Assembly: GCF_964204645.1 (NCBI RefSeq)
Contig: NC_134032.1
Coordinates: 4,240,175-4,304,174 of the forward strand
Reading direction: 5' to 3'
DNA length: 64,000 nucleotides
Source: Tubulanus polymorphus
Taxonomy: Eukaryota > Animalia > Nemertea
Under the pieces are notes generated by a model. The model did no database searches, had not been told where the DNA came from, and was given only the letters and a program-made list of their open reading frames with translations. Position 1 is the first letter of the stretch, and every line of letters starts with the position of its first letter. The position numbers and the translations under genes are program-made. Of the stretch, positions 23,780 to 36,070 are shown in pieces.

Positions 23780-25240
23780 TTCATATTTGGTTTATACATT
23801 TATCTACCCTAGGTACATCTTCAGCCTACAAACTGGCTCTGTCAGATTAAAGATGGCCGACTGGCAGCCATTGTTGTTCGCCAAAATCAGCACTTTTGAA
23901 ACATTTTCGAAGTTTTCGAGGAAAATTCTGAAGACGCTTTGATCATTTACCTTGATTGTTCATATGTATTTGAATCCCCCAATGGCATGAGAAAGATTGG
24001 GTTGATCGGACTCAAGATGGCTGTCCTGTGACCTTTTTGTGCCCAAAATGTCAAGTTTGGCCTGAATTCTAAATCCTGTAGCTTCCTAATGGTTTGCAAT
24101 TTTTAATTGCAATTTGTGATGGGTATTCTTTGGAAAGGGATGTTTTATACCCAAGATAGATATATTTGATCAGGCAATTATGACACATTTGGCGGCCATC
24201 TTGGTGTCATCAGTACTCATTTGTAGGTGGAAAAAAGTTTTTCCACATTATATTCATACGGTTTAAGCACATTGTTACCACAATCAAATGGAAAGTTGTA
24301 GCTCATGACATGATGTATGATCGTGGTGAGTTTCAAGGGCATTGGTTTTTGTATATGGCCACCAGGGGGCGTTGAACAATGCAATAACTTGTATATTATA
24401 TTCGTACCTATGGTCCTACCACAATCATGGGATACCGGCAACACCAGATGGCGCAACAAAACACTGGGTTACTCGTGATGAAAATCAGTTCATTTGCGGT
24501 GAAATTTGAACATTATTTTAACCTTCCAAACCCGGAAATTATCAAACGAGTCATCGAATTGATATGAGATTTCCTTTATCTCCCAGTATATGGTATTGAT
24601 TTCACTGAATATTGATTTACTAGTCAGATAATTTGAAGTTTATAGAAATGTAGAAGAAATTGAAGCGCGGTAGCCCAGTGCTACTAGCGATCCTGGCGGA
24701 TTATCACTGAATCTTCGCTTCCCTCAGTAGCCTTGCCGGTATCCCATTGGAAAATTGTAGCTCATGACATTCTCTATGATCGTGGTGAGTTTCAAGGTCA
24801 TTGGTTTTTGCATGTGGCCACCAGGTCGCGGTGAACAATGCCATAACTTAGTATTTCTTTATTATTTTCGTATATATGCATATTTTGTAACCACAATCAA
24901 TCGGAAAGTTGTAGCTCATGACATTGTCTATGATTGTGGTAAGTTCCAAGGACATTAATTATTCTATATAGTCACTAGGGGGTATTGAATAGTAGAATAA
25001 CTTAGTATTTCCTTATTATATTGGTACCTAGGCCTATTTTGTTTCCATGACCAATTGCAAAGTTGTAGCTCATGACATGTTCTATGAATATGGTGAGTTT
25101 CAAGGTCATTGGGCTTCGCATATGGTCACCAGGGGCGTTGAATAGTAGAATAAATTAGTATTCCCATATCATATTAGTAACTAGCCATATTTTTTACCAC
25201 AATAAATTGTTAGATTGTTGAGCATCTGAAACCACTTCCC
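23780..25240 (+). mobile_element. HINE-like (Helentron-associated) element with ~160-bp internal satellite
   Basis: Homologous in reverse orientation to 45884-47150; repeated aaagttgtagctcatgaca...ggtgagtttcaaggtcattgg...ccagggggcgttgaa. Related 5' fragments at 25247-25420 and 25870-26010. Confidence 0.7.
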
Positions 25241-25509
25241 AAGAATTTAGTCCCAGCTGGCTATTTTGCGTCCACTTTTCGTCCGTTATAGCGTTTGTCC
25301 GTCCGTAGACAGAATCCAGTTATTTTGGGATGTTTTGAAGACACTCCAATGGATTGTCCTGATATTTGGTTTATACATGTATCGGGCATACTCATTACTC
25401 CGAAGTCGCATTACTTCGAAATTGCGTTTAATGCCCAAAACGGTCAAGATCTCCTCATTTGAATACCGCGCACTCGCCAGTAAGTTACGTCGGATCATTG
25501 CCGTGCTGG

Positions 25510-27812
25510 GATATTTTCAAAGCTCGTGTGTCAGATGATTCTGCTTAAGAGAGTAATGATGGACCACGATAAATGGGGGTATTTTATACAATGATTTTCA
25601 GACGGTTCAAGAGGCTTATTTCTACAGAACGTCCGAAAGTTCACTTCAACCATCTGCTGTGGACCGCGTGGAATAAATGTAAATTATTGCTGCATACAAA
25701 ATGAATGGTTGTATACAGTATGACCGGTCAGAATTCAAAATCAACAACACCTCATTTACATACATTTATTCAACGTGTCCACAACATATTGTCGAAGTGA
25801 ACTTTCTGACTTTTGGGTAGACATAAGCCTCTTAAACTGTCCGAGAATGGTCCCGGCGGGTTATTGCGTCAACTTTCTTCCGTCCGTAGACGGTATCCAG
25901 TTATTTTGGGAAGTTTTGAAGACACTCCAATGGATTGTCCTGATATTTGGTTTATACATGTATCGGGGCATACTCATTACTCCGAAGTCCCATTACTCTG
26001 AAATCGCGTTTATAGGGATCAATATCAATCACGATATCGATGAAAATTATTAGAGGGGTTCATTGAAATTCATCCGTTCAATCAATGTGTATTGATGAAG
26101 TATTCAAGTTTGCAATATGTAAGTATTATTTAAACTTGATTGCAGTGTTAAGTTGATGGACCCCCTCGAATAGCCCGCTTACTAGAGAAATAGGGTTTTG
26201 TCGCTAAAGATTATAATTCCTTTATTCAAGTATTGGAATTAAATTGTATATTGATGACTTATGTACGGAAGCCCCTAGGTGACATACTGGATAATTTTTC
26301 ACAACTTCGACTTGTTAAGTCGAATTTCGACTTATTATCTCGAAATTAGACATAATAAGTTGGAATTCGACAGAATAATTTTGAATTTCGACTTAATCAG
26401 TCGAATTTCGAGTTAATTATGTAGAATTTCGAGTTTTCTTTTCATGTCAAATTTCGTGTTATTCTCATGTAGACTCATTATCTCGAAATTAGACTTAAAA
26501 ATAACTCGAAATTCGACATAAAAATAAGTCGAATTTCGACATAACTAACTCGAAATTCGAGTTAATTAACTCGAAATTCGACATAAGTCGGATTTGAGAA
26601 ATAGTCATCTCGTATGTCACCTAGGGGCTTCCGTACTTATGATATGGTCCATACGGTAAAAATATCCCTATATGAAGAAAAATGTCCCGGTCTATCATTA
26701 CTGATTTAGAATAAATTTCACATCAAAATAACACCAGAGAACAAACTTGGTACCGTAATTGTGTAAATAGCACATTAACCATAAACAAATTCATTGAGTA
26801 ACCATGAGAATTGTAGGCCTAGGATTTTGATATCGATTAATTTTGCCTATTGAGAACATGTGAACTCATTACATGATACGTCTTATTTATGAAGATTTTA
26901 CTGTTGAATTGAATGCGCAGTTGCTAAATTACATAACATTAATGGAGAAAATAATGAAACGTTATAAAGTAAATGCAGAGTTACTTGAATTAATGAATAC
27001 ATCAAAAATTAACAAGTAAATCAAAGTAGAGCTATTATTTGTTATGAAATGTTTAAATTGTAAATTAAAATGAACTACCAAGTTAGTTCTCTGTGGTGTT
27101 ATTATGGTGTGAAATTAACTAAAATACCAACTTAGTAATTTTTCCGGGGACATTTTTCCCTGGGACATTTTTCCGGTGAGATTTTTTCGGGGACATATTT
27201 TCCGGGGACATTTTTTCCCGGGCATTTTACCTACATCTGGTTCACAACAATGGCCCTGCAGTCAAAATAACAAGTTGGCCGAATATAATTATCGGGGTCA
27301 TTTTCCTAGCAACTAAATTTCATACAAATCTGTGTAAAAATTGAAATCATAGTCTTCTTCATCGATATCGAATGAGCTAGTTTCCGGATCAACGCGTCGA
27401 CTCGTGGTCAGAAATTAGTGTTGCTAAAAAGACATAAGTGAGGATGGCGCATTCTAGCTTCAGCCACATCTTACTTCTTACAGAAACCCTGTAAGATCTA
27501 TGTAAAACTGTAAATTCTTTATTACTGATACGTTATTTGATGGATAAAATATGCCGTTTTGCCGCGTGTGAATATATGAGATGTTGTTGATTTTGAAATA
27601 ATTTTGACCGGTCATACAAACATTCATTTTGTATGCAGCAATAATTTACATTTATTCCGCGAGGTCACAGCAGATTGGACTGTCGAAGTGAACTTTCGAA
27701 CTTTCGGTAGATAAGCCTCTTTAACTGTGTGAGAATTATTGTATAAAATACCCCCGTGTATCGTGGTCCAACATCACTCTCTAAAGCAGAATTATCTGAC
27801 GCACGAGCTTTG
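25510..27812. repeat. Inverted pair of ~240-bp repeats
   Basis: ~25510-25760 is the approximate reverse complement of ~27575-27812 (aataaatgtaaattattgctgcatacaaaatgaat). Confidence 0.75.
26264..26635. mobile_element. MITE with TAYGG termini and 6-bp TSD (IS3EU-like)
   Basis: TIR tacggaagcccctaggtgacatac / gtatgtcacctaggggcttccgta; CTTATG at 26258-26263 and 26636-26641; internal tcgaaattcga minisatellite. Confidence 0.85.
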
Positions 27813-29081
27813 AACCCCAACCCTACAAACATGAAGGTATGTACCATGAAACGATTGATAGAACTGACAGTAAGTTCACTGTTCACCTTTCAATCTTTAT
27901 CATTTTTACAGTTCTTCATTTTGGTTGTCGCAGTCGCGTTACTCATTTCAGGAGTTCTTTCCAGTGAAGGTAAGCGCATTGGTTCTTATTTGGACCCAGT
28001 TCCTCGGTTGGGACTTAACGAATTGACGAAAATTATTTTGTAACTGTAGACCCGGGTCCGCCTGCTGATTGCTCATTTTACAAACGACAACCGTAAATCG
28101 ATGTGCAAAACGTCACAGGTTTGTGTGTACACATACAAGTTATTTGGCAAAATATTATTGATAAAGATGTAGAATGGCTCCCTGGGATTATATGATGACC
28201 TCTATTTGAACGTCGAAATGTTATATCGCATTGAATATCATGAGAAGACGTATTGTAATAGTAAAGGATGTATGATTATATCAGGAGCGGCAGGGATAAA
28301 TAGAAATGATAATTAAATCGGATTGTTCGGTTAAATGGCGGATGTATACACGATTTGGAAGTCTGATATAAAAGTCAGACCCTGACATGGGGATGCTAGT
28401 GGAATGACGAAGCTATCTACGATCTGAGTTGGGCCGGCGTGAATTTCATCGGCGGCTACAAGCGGTCTATATAAAAACGTGTAAACATAATTTCAATATT
28501 CAAATGTTTTAGAAAATATGTTCGATATTAGACGTATGCAGGTTCCATGAGATTAGCAATTTATAATAGCATAGCTGTCATATACGGCTCCGCGTCCAAT
28601 GATGGCATGTATATAAGGTGACAATTAAATTCAATACTTTATTGATCCTTAATACATTGAAATTCCGGGATAAAATTTCAAAAATCAATAAATTTACAAA
28701 TTTTAGAATAAGAAAATACAAGACACACGGGTAATTCATACAGAATAACGTGAATAAGTTATTTAAATGACAATTTCTACTTCAACCCAGACTCAAGTCT
28801 AGGATATCAAGTGACAGCCAGACCGGGCCCCAGGACCGGGCTGGCTGGCTACACGATATGCTCAAAGTCATGATGAAGCAGACATCAGTAGAGCTCTTTC
28901 TTCAACCATGGAGGCAATGAAGTTGCAGACCAGCATAGAGGCAAAAGTGAATCGAAGTCACAAGTTGACAATTTTTTTTTTAATTAGACCAGTCGAAGAC
29001 TGTATCATCTACCCAATCGCCAAATCTCATAATTCCCGAAATTTCTTAAAACTTCGATTTCAAATTTGCAATTCCACATTA

Positions 29082-29582
29082 GGGGCCGTGCATAAAGTAC
29101 GTACGTCCGTAGGGGGGTGCTTAAAATCCGTACAAAAGCGTACAGGGGGAGGGGAGGGGTCGGCTAAAAACGTACATACTTTCCAATGGGGGAGGGTTAA
29201 TATTAATAGTACGTACTTTGTGCACGAATCATATGTCTTCCTTTAATGTATAGCAAACACTGCCTTAATTGCGAAACCGTTTCTCGCTGGGTTTGTTGCA
29301 TTCAGTATATTATATTTGGATCTCGGGAATTCCCCACTTTCAGTCTTTCATTTCGTGGCCATGGAAGATCGTTGATCAACGTCAGCAGGAACTCTGTTGA
29401 ATCAATGTGGATTTTGCCTTCTTTAAACCATTATCCCTGAAAATTCTGTTTTACTGGGGGGGGGGGTACCCCTAAAAGTATGTACGCAAGAGAGGGTTAT
29501 AAAAAAACGTACAATGAGCGTACAAGGGGGGGGGGGTTAAAAATACCCGGAAGTCAAGCGTACGTACTTTATGCACGGCCCC
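29082..29582. mobile_element. PIF/Harbinger MITE
   Basis: TIR ggggccgtgcataaagtacgtacg / cgtacgtactttatgcacggcccc with TTA duplication. Confidence 0.9.
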
Positions 29583-29874
29583 TTAGCTTATACCAGAAAT
29601 TCTACATTTTTTCGCAGGCGTCAAATAATTTATTAAAGTTAATTTTCTAGTTTATTCTTCCAGGTTAACTCGTAAAAAGCAATTTTGATACGGATTTCGG
29701 TAGCAATTTCCGTGAAAGGAAGCCACCATATTGCAAAATCCAAAGCGAGGCTGTGTAAACATTGATGACGTAGTTTCGGTCCATCGTGCACGTGAGCGTT
29801 GTTACTCTAACAATACGACAATTGAAATATCGATAAGAAAAGCATCATTGATAATCGTCGAAAAAAAAACCCAA

Positions 29875-30156
29875 ATGGAAATCCAAGGCTACCAGTTCGA
29901 ATCAGAGTATTCCCAGGATGAAATAGAAGCACGGGCAGCGGATTTTATAGCAAATATCGGCGAAGACGATTCAGCCTCAGATGAGGGCCATTCTACTAGT
30001 AGTGATGACGACCCCGAACGAAGACTTGTCGACCTGATAATGTGGTGTGACTGTCAGGTAGTATCTAAAATTAGGGGATATTTCCCCGATGATAATGGTC
30101 AGTACACCGGATTCAAAGATCCCGACAGTGAGGTAGCCGATTCTTTTCGACTCTGA
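29875..30156 (+). pseudogene. Internally deleted P2X7 C-terminal-like (KolX-type) ORF, probable Kolobok remnant
   Basis: N-terminal GYQFE...RL....WCDC joined directly to C-terminal VVSKIRGYFP...GQYTGF; the central Cys cluster is absent. Confidence 0.55.
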
Positions 30157-33100
30157 TTCATCATGTATACAATGTGAAATGAATTTTGTAAAATAAAATA
30201 TCTATATGAAATAAAAGTAACCAGATATTTATTATAGGTTGGGTCAATAAACATCTACGTAGTAGATAATTGTGACTATTTTCAGCCTGGATTAAAGTTG
30301 TTTCACCCACAATGTAAATCTTAAAAAAACGATTATTTTCATTATTTTTGTTCTGACGTTGCAACCGTGCTTAATTATTGTAACTATATCTCTATCTATT
30401 TTCAAATGAATCTCTGGAGATGGGTGGAAAGATTCACCCGAAACGTAAGAACACAAATAATAACAATTTTTTAAATTTAAATAGTGGGTGAAACGCAACT
30501 TCTTGCATATGCTACTTAAATCATGATGTCAATCGTGATGATTTTGCTTGGTGTACTCGACATTGTACCTCAATACTCCCTTCGCACCTGAATATTTTTT
30601 TTGGATCCAAAACGGTTGCATGTCGCACCTGAATATCTTTTTGGATCCATAACGGTTGCATGTCCTCTGTTGGTTTGCGGCTGCGATTTGTGTTTGAGCA
30701 ACACATATAGAAAATTGCGACATCAAGTCTCCTGTAAAAATTTGTTAGGCCGTAAATCGTACCTAGCCGGCACGGTGATTTTGTGCCTTATGTGTGGGTT
30801 TACTAATGCAAAAGTAGCGCGGGAAATTACCCACATTTCGAAATCGCATCGCAATCGAGTTAGAAGAATCAACCATACGTATGTTGGATTGGTGCGTTCG
30901 TGCGTACCGGAGGGAGTGCCTCGGACGGTTTTTCCGAGCCTCCCTACTGCGAGTTACGTCTCTGACGTCGGTCTAGAAGAGACCAAGGGAACCGTTGCGT
31001 CGGAACCAACGAAGGGATTCCAATTTCTTCCACCTCCGTCTCCATATTCACCTCCTCCGCCGCCTAGTTCGCCACCCCGCCTATCGCAACACCAACACTA
31101 TACGACTGTTGAGACATTCCGTTACCGGCAGAACCCGCTATCGCGTGCACTTTAGACGTCTCGATGGCAGTGATATTGGCAGGCTTCGAAGAAGAACTAC
31201 TGTTTACCGTTTGATGTTTTGTGTCATCGTGAAATGGTTTTAACTTTAGTAAAGGAGTTCCTGCGCGATCACCTATACGTGCTAAGGTACCCTATGTTGG
31301 TTAAATTCTATCAGTAAATGCCAGTAGTAAATGAAAATGGAAGATACGGCTTTCCGCTTTGACGTGGATGCTGATATTGAATTTGAACAGTATGCACTTA
31401 CTATATATTTTTGTTTGCCACATTGCTGCTGCTATTTCCATGGTTGCCTCTAAGATTATATCGTAAGTGGTCAATTGCAGGTATTAGGTGTTTAGATATG
31501 GAATCCAGTAGTTCCCTTCATTCTATCCAAAGCTACTTTTTCGGATATTGGCCCGGATATGCCGGCCGACTTTGTTTATGTTTGGAGCAAGGGGGACCCC
31601 TTCGCTTCCCGTTGTCGCGCCCATAGCCGAAGCTGGCCGATTCCAGCTGGTGAATAATCAGATCACGCTGGTTATATCTACAGGTAACATCGAAGGGGAA
31701 GAGCAGCGGCTGCATGCCGTCGCTGACGCTGGTGTGCCCGAAGTCATTGTAGAAACAAACAACCTGATAAGTGTTGGCATGGGCGAGACGGAAAGGTCGG
31801 CTCGGCATCGACCCGTAGCCTTCATGTGACTTTGCACAACCACCCTTCATCGATGGGCTCAGTGTATCAATACTGCGGGACCCCTACTGAAACCTTCGTT
31901 TGCACCGCGTTCAGGGTCCTCGCAGCCCACCATGGTATTGACTGGCCACCCACTGAAGAAGTAATCGCTCCGCGCCGTGTCGCAGTATTCGGACTCAGAC
32001 ATCAGCATCCGACCCCGCACGGACCCGTCGCCACCTGGGGCCTGGACCGTCGGAATGTGCTGTGCGCTATCGACTGCAATTCGGCCAAGATTCCATACGT
32101 GTGTTAGTGCTCTGTTTTTACCTGTTTTGATGGTGTTCCGTTGGTTTCGGGGATCTGGTGGGGTCGTTGAGGGCCGAGAGGAGGCTGATTCGGAGCATTC
32201 CGTCCGGATGAGTGCCTGGTCCCCTCGTCGGTTCTCTTCGGCCCCGCCCGCTTGCCGGGGCCTCGGAACGCCGTTTCTCACTCTTGTAAAAATAATGTTT
32301 ATTGTAATTTGTATTATTTTCGGGTCTGCTATACTTGCTTTTGAATAGGCCTTTTTGATTTTTGTCATTATGACATCCAATTTTCTTTAAATTAATTTTG
32401 CCTCATCGCCTTAAGGCTGGGTGGGGCGGGGCGGGGGTTTTTGTGGTGAAAATTATCTTTATCTTGGGTGGGTTTGACCACAAAATTTCGGTCTTTTACG
32501 AAATTGTACTATGTATTTCGGAATGGCCTTAAGCCATTCTTTTCTCATTGTTTCTTTTTAGGTGTACGTATTCCGGGACGGGGCTGAATGTTCTGAGGCG
32601 ATGTTTCGGTATCTTTTCGGCTCAATTTCTATCTGACAGATTTTTGGCAGTTCTGTCAGATTCCAATTTTACGACCTAAGCAGGCCCCGGGACGAGTGGG
32701 ACGAGTTGGCAGTGGGCAGACTAGACCGAACTGCTGCCAATAGACCATGGGAATAATCCAAGCCGAGTTACGCGAAGAAGCAGGGAAACTAGATGCCGTT
32801 ACTCCTGAGAGGGAAGGGATAACACCCGGGCAGACACATCCTCACCTACCAATCGAATCTAATCAGTCAGGAAAGATCAAGTTTCTTTCACATGAGAACG
32901 CTTTACATGAATCTATACATTTATCTGCAAGAATTCTGGGCCGTGACACGAAGTATTTAGTAGATACGGGTGCCCACTTCACAGTGTGGAATAAGAAATT
33001 ATTTTCTGAAATCAGCAAAAAGAAGAAACTCGCCTTGAGGAATACAAAGGATAATTTATATACTGCTGATAATAGCTCCCTGGATGTCGCAGGGACAGCT

Positions 33101-36070
33101 GACGTAAAGTGGGACGTGATAGTCGCTGACATCGCAGATGATGCTATTCTAGGAATGGATTTTCTTGTCGCATATAACTGCCATATCCATCCGGGTACCG
33201 GCACTGTGACATGAAGCTTTTTCTAATCCGACCATCTCGAACAGAACTCTACCTACGTACGTAACGATGAGAAATTAGTCTTACCTCCGAATTCTGAAGT
33301 CCTGGTATCGGGTCATGTAAAGACGGCGCTACCACCTGGACAATGGGGTTTAATAGAATCTACCAACAACTGGAGGCTAGGGCCAGAAGTACTCGTCGCT
33401 AAAGAGGTCGTTAATATAAATAGTAGTCGTATTCCTGTTCGTATGGTGAACCTTAGCTCGCTTCCCAAGATCATTCATAAAGGGACACCCTTAGGGGTAA
33501 TCGGACAAATTTCTAAAATATATACCGAAACTAGTACATCGCAAACGTCGAATTCAAACGACCAATTACCTGAATTTCTACAAGATTTGTACCACCGGAG
33601 TTGTGAAGGTCTGTCCGCCGACAAATGTCATGATGTGAAACATCTACTATGTGAATTTTCGGATGTTTTCGCCTCCTCTATTCTAGATCTTGGAGAGGAC
33701 TCTGGGACTTCACACGTCATCGACGTAGGTAACGCCGTTCCGACAAAACAACGCTTTCGGCGGTTGCCCCTAGCAACACAAGAAGATCTCAATAAGTTAG
33801 TCGATGAAAGCACACGTGATTGAAGAATCCGATAGTCCGTGGTGCAGCAGTATTGTCGTGGTTCGTAAGCCGGATGACACTATTCGACTGTGTTTAGATT
33901 ATCATGATGTTAATGCTGTAACCACGGCAGATAGTTATCCTTTACCTATTATCAACGACACTATCAGATCACTGGCTGACGTGAAGTACCTCAGCACCCT
34001 TGATCTAGCATCAGGGTACTGGCTTTTCCTTAGAGTTTTCGTGTACCTTCACTCTAAGGAAAAGACAGCTTTTGTTGTGGGTGGGAAAGGCCTATACCAA
34101 TTCCGTAAGATGCCCATGGACTTGAAGAATAGTGGTGCCACATTTTAAAGGCTAATGGAAAAGGTATTCAGAAGTCTTATCCCGGAAATTGCTCTGGTTT
34201 ACCTGGACGACGTTATTGTTCATGCTGATAGTTTCCTTGGGATGATGACCAACCTGCGTACTGTCTTCAACCGTCTGCGAAAGGCTGGACTAAAACTAAA
34301 ACCTAAGAGATGTGAGCTGTTTAGAACGTCAGTCAATTTTCTTGGACACCACATCTCCGCTGATGGTATATCATGTTCAGAAAGCAAAATCGAAATAATC
34401 CAGAATTGGCCCACTCCTAAGAACGTTACAGAGACTCGATCTTACCTTGGTTTAGCATCGTACTATCGGTCGTTTTGCCAAGGGTTCGCTGAAACTGCAA
34501 AACCTCTTCATCGGCTGAAGGAAAAGGGGAGGGAATTCAGATGGGATGCTCAATGCGAAGAAGCTTTCCGCGAGCTGAAGTCAATTTTGACCCACTCACC
34601 AGTTCTGGCTTTCCCCAATCCAAGGTTACCGTTTATCCTGGACACTGATGCATCAGCATTTTCAATTGGAGGTTCGTCAGTCAAGTACAATAGGGCAAGG
34701 AGAGAATTATCGCCTGTGCTAGCCGTTGTTTAACAAAGGCCGAGAGGAATTATTGCGTGACCCGCAGGGAGCTTTTAGCTGTCGTCGCCTTTGTAAAACA
34801 GTTCAAATATTACCTTGCCGACAAGAAATTCACAATCCGGACTGTCCATGATAAACGAGATGATAAACGCCCCGGATGGCACCAAGTTTCCTCACAGGTG
34901 TTGCCTGCAAATTTTGTTGGACCCACTGGAATGATCTGAAGATGATTGAGGGGCTCTTATAGATAATCAAGAGAAGAGAACGTTACCCGGACTCAACTCT
35001 ATTAATCTTTCCTGAAAAGTTTAGGAGCAAGTCCTCGACAATATTCATTCATCTGCAGTCGGGGGTCATTTTGGTGTCAAAAAGACCCTCTTTCTAGTTC
35101 ACGATCGGTTTTTTTGGCACGGTATTGGTGATGAGGTAAAGTGCTTCTGCAGAGGGTGTAATAAGTGCGCTTCAAAGAAGTCCTCGAGTAGATAAAAGGC
35201 ACCCATGAACAACTATCTGGTAGGCCAACCTATGGAGAGAGTATCGATGGATATATTGGGTCCATTACATGAAACATATGATGGAAACATCTTTATATTA
35301 GTTATTGGTGACTATTTTACGAAGTGGATCGAAGCATACGCAATTCCGAACCAAGAAGCAGTAACTTGCGCCCGGATACTCGTAGACGAGTTTGTTACTC
35401 GATTCGGCGTCCCCAGAATCATACATTCGGACCAGGGTCAAAACTTCCAGTCCAAGTTGATGGCGGAAGTGTGCGAACTCCTTCAAATCCATAAAACGAG
35501 AAGTACCGCATTTCGTCCACAATCGAACGGAGTGGTCGAACGTTATAACCGAACGCTGTTAATGTGTCTGTCTATAAACCCTCATGGGCCTATGGTTGCA
35601 GATATGCAACACCCAAAATTGGGCCCCATGGAGATTTTTCCATTTCGAAATTCGCGGCCAATTTAGTTTTGTACAACCATTTAGGCCTAATGTTGTAATT
35701 CTGCAATATAAGACACCGATCAGTGCTGACATCGGTTCACCGGTGTCATCACTAACCAGTTAGTAAAAAGTGAATCAGTGTAACATGAAATTCTCTTCTA
35801 AAATCGTGAATTCTGACAAGTTATAGGTAAGTGAAAATGAAACTAAGTCATTTATAATAATAAATACATAGTCTAGAACATGTAGATGTGGTGTTTGCTT
35901 AGAAAAGAATTTTTAGCACTGTGGATTGAAACGGTTAATTTCGGCTCACATGGAAATTTTTTTTCAGATTTGGTTCAAATCCCAGCGTCAATCAATCCTT
36001 ACTATGATTGAATAATCATAACCTACACCTATTAAATAATGTTAACTATTAAATTTTTCAGATAAACTGC

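Noticed and set aside
31826-32107. C-type lectin fragment (DCN...PYVC ending)
   Set aside because: No WIGL, EPN or WND motifs; resemblance limited to a few residues.
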